This document shows, piece by piece, positions 53,731 to 55,084 of a stretch of DNA of 55,084 nt; within the stretch, counting starts at the first letter, position 1; the number at the start of each line of letters is the position of its first letter. This DNA comes from a virus (Duplodnaviria > Caudoviricetes). The notes beneath the pieces were generated by a model. The model ran no database searches, was not told the origin of the DNA, and was given only the letters and a program-made list of their open reading frames with translations. The translations under genes and the position numbers were made by a program. The stretch covers positions 1-55,084 of the IMG/VR virus record IMGVR_UViG_3300037194_000008; one strand, written 5' to 3'.

Positions 53731-55084
53731 TCAGTACCGGCGGGTGACGGTCGCCGTTCCGTCGACCACGGTCTCGCCGATGTCCGTTCCGGCATCTGCC
53801 AGACCGGCCGGCGGGCTCGCTGCCGAGGTGCCGGCAGTGGTGACTTCCCATGCCCGGCCTTCGGCCTCGTAGTAGTCGCCCTCGGCGTATGCCGTGCTGT
53901 CGTCGCGCGCAGTGAGCGAGTCGACGAACGCGGCACCCAGGTCCTCGCTGGCGTCCTGCAGAGCCGCGACCTCTTCCGCGTCCAGCGGGTTGTCCGCTGC
54001 GAGGATCGGGTTGCGGTGCGCGACGTCGCCGGTCTCCTGGACATCCAGCGTTGCGTCCAGGTTGGCCGCATCGGTGCTGGTGTAGTCCGGGTGGAACCAG
54101 CCCGGGCGGGACTTGAGGGTGTCGGCGCCGCTGAGCGGGTAGACATCCGGAGCCACGCTGAGCTGGGCACGAGCGGCTGCGACGCGAGCGGCGACGTAGG
54201 TGAAGCTGTCGCCGACCACTTCGAGGTTGCTCACGACCGTCGGGAGGAAGAGCGGGACGACGCCCTCGGACAGCTGGTCGATGACCCAGCAGTCGTAGGA
54301 GAAGTCCTGCACGTACTCCGTGCCCTTGAAGCGGGTGCCGCCGTCCTGCTGGCGACGCTCGCTGAAGTGCTCGTACGTCTGGACCGCGTTGGAGTACGCG
54401 GCCAGGGCGACGACCTGGCGGAGGGTCCGGCCGACGGTGGTCGAGTCAGCAACCGGGTCAACGACCAGGTTGGTGTCCGTGTACACCTTGGGCAGGAACT
54501 CCGGGTGGATCTTGACGAGCTTCCAGGAACCCTTGAGGGTGCCGAGGTAGCCCGCCGCGTTCGCACCGGAGATGTCTCCGTCGCGGGTCAGCTTGAAGGC
54601 CGACTCGGTTCCGGCTCCAGCGTCGATGAGCGCGTTGATGAACACGAGCTCGAGGGCGCTGGTGATGAGCAGGAACCGCTCGTTGTTGCCGAAGTTGCTG
54701 TCGAACCAGTTGTCCGAGAACAACAGCGACAGCGCGTCCAGCGTTGCCAGCGGATCAGCGTCATTGAGGTACATGCCGGTGATCGTGGCGAACGAGGGCT
54801 GGATCTGGTTGTCGTAGTCCTCGCCGGGCTCCGCGATCCACTTGTAGTCCGCCGCGTTGCCGGTGCAGGCAATGCGATGGGCGTCCGTGGTGACGGGGCC
54901 GGGCGTGTCCGCCGACGTCCGAGGGACCAGCTTGCCGGTCATGTGACCCGACACGGCTGCCAGGAGGCAGTACTTGTCGTGGTCACGGAGCACCGTGGTC
55001 TGCATCTTGCGACCGGTGTACTCCTGGACGATGTTCTTGATCGGCGAGTAGCGGAGCTGCTCGTCGAACACCGTGAAGCCGAAG
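53731..55084 (-). CDS. Major capsid protein, 3' part, with C-terminal carbohydrate-binding-like extension
   Basis: Continuation of 1..345; follows portal, strong codon bias, downstream hairpin; tail STAYAEGDYYEAEGRAWEVTTAGTS. Confidence 0.7.
   Translation of the reverse strand, partial: FGFTVFDEQLRYSPIKNIVQEYTGRKMQTTVLRDHDKYCLLAAVSGHMTGKLVPRTSADTPGPVTTDAHRIACTGNAADYKWIAEPGEDYDNQIQPSFATITGMYLNDADPLATLDALSLLFSDNWFDSNFGNNERFLLITSALELVFINALIDAGAGTESAFKLTRDGDISGANAAGYLGTLKGSWKLVKIHPEFLPKVYTDTNLVVDPVADSTTVGRTLRQVVALAAYSNAVQTYEHFSERRQQDGGTRFKGTEYVQDFSYDCWVIDQLSEGVVPLFLPTVVSNLEVVGDSFTYVAARVAAARAQLSVAPDVYPLSGADTLKSRPGWFHPDYTSTDAANLDATLDVQETGDVAHRNPILAADNPLDAEEVAALQDASEDLGAAFVDSLTARDDSTAYAEGDYYEAEGRAWEVTTAGTSAASPPAGLADAGTDIGETVVDGTATVTRRY

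Noticed and set aside
55030-55084. Direct terminal repeat as a biological genome end
   Set aside because: It is exactly 55 bp and interrupts the capsid ORF mid-gene, so an assembly overlap is the simpler explanation.
1-55084. Prophage or temperate lifestyle, introns/inteins, stop-codon reassignment
   Set aside because: No integrase, repressor or host flanks; PolA, TerL and helicases are of ordinary length and uninterrupted; gene packing is dense under the standard code.

Overview
The window is an apparently complete, circular-mapping genome of about 55.0 kb from a GC-rich, lytic, podovirus-like phage of an actinobacterial host. Bases 1-55 are identical to 55030-55084, consistent with an assembler overlap, and the major capsid gene runs across that junction. 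Two arms diverge from an AT-rich, structured region at about 16.2-17.9 kb. The + arm (16.6-34.1 kb) carries small early genes, a nucleotidyltransferase, an AAA+/VWA pair, SSB, a tRNA-like element, a Cas4-like nuclease, PolA, RuvC, WhiB-like protein, SF2 and SF3 helicases and a prim-pol. The - arm carries a 4600-aa giant protein, portal, capsid, tail fibre, lysis cassette, internal virion and tail proteins, a probable scaffold and the terminase. No integrase, repressor or CRISPR array is recognisable. From memory, the layout resembles the podoviral Microbacterium phage clusters EK/EM; this needs a search to confirm. The main signals are: (1) an RxP...NGDFDGD double-psi-beta-barrel RNA-polymerase signature in the giant protein; (2) two homologous ~200-bp non-coding cassettes of nested TG(C/T)AGTCA(CCC) inverted repeats 22.7 kb apart, which together with (1) suggest an injected-RNAP/structured-promoter or dual-origin system; (3) a lysis cassette with an M23+EEP fusion and a PL7-like lyase; (4) an aberrant tRNA-like RNA lacking CCA in a genome that encodes a nucleotidyltransferase; (5) a translationally coupled 24-aa, 6-Cys mini-gene. 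All calls come from reading motifs by eye; no searches were run.
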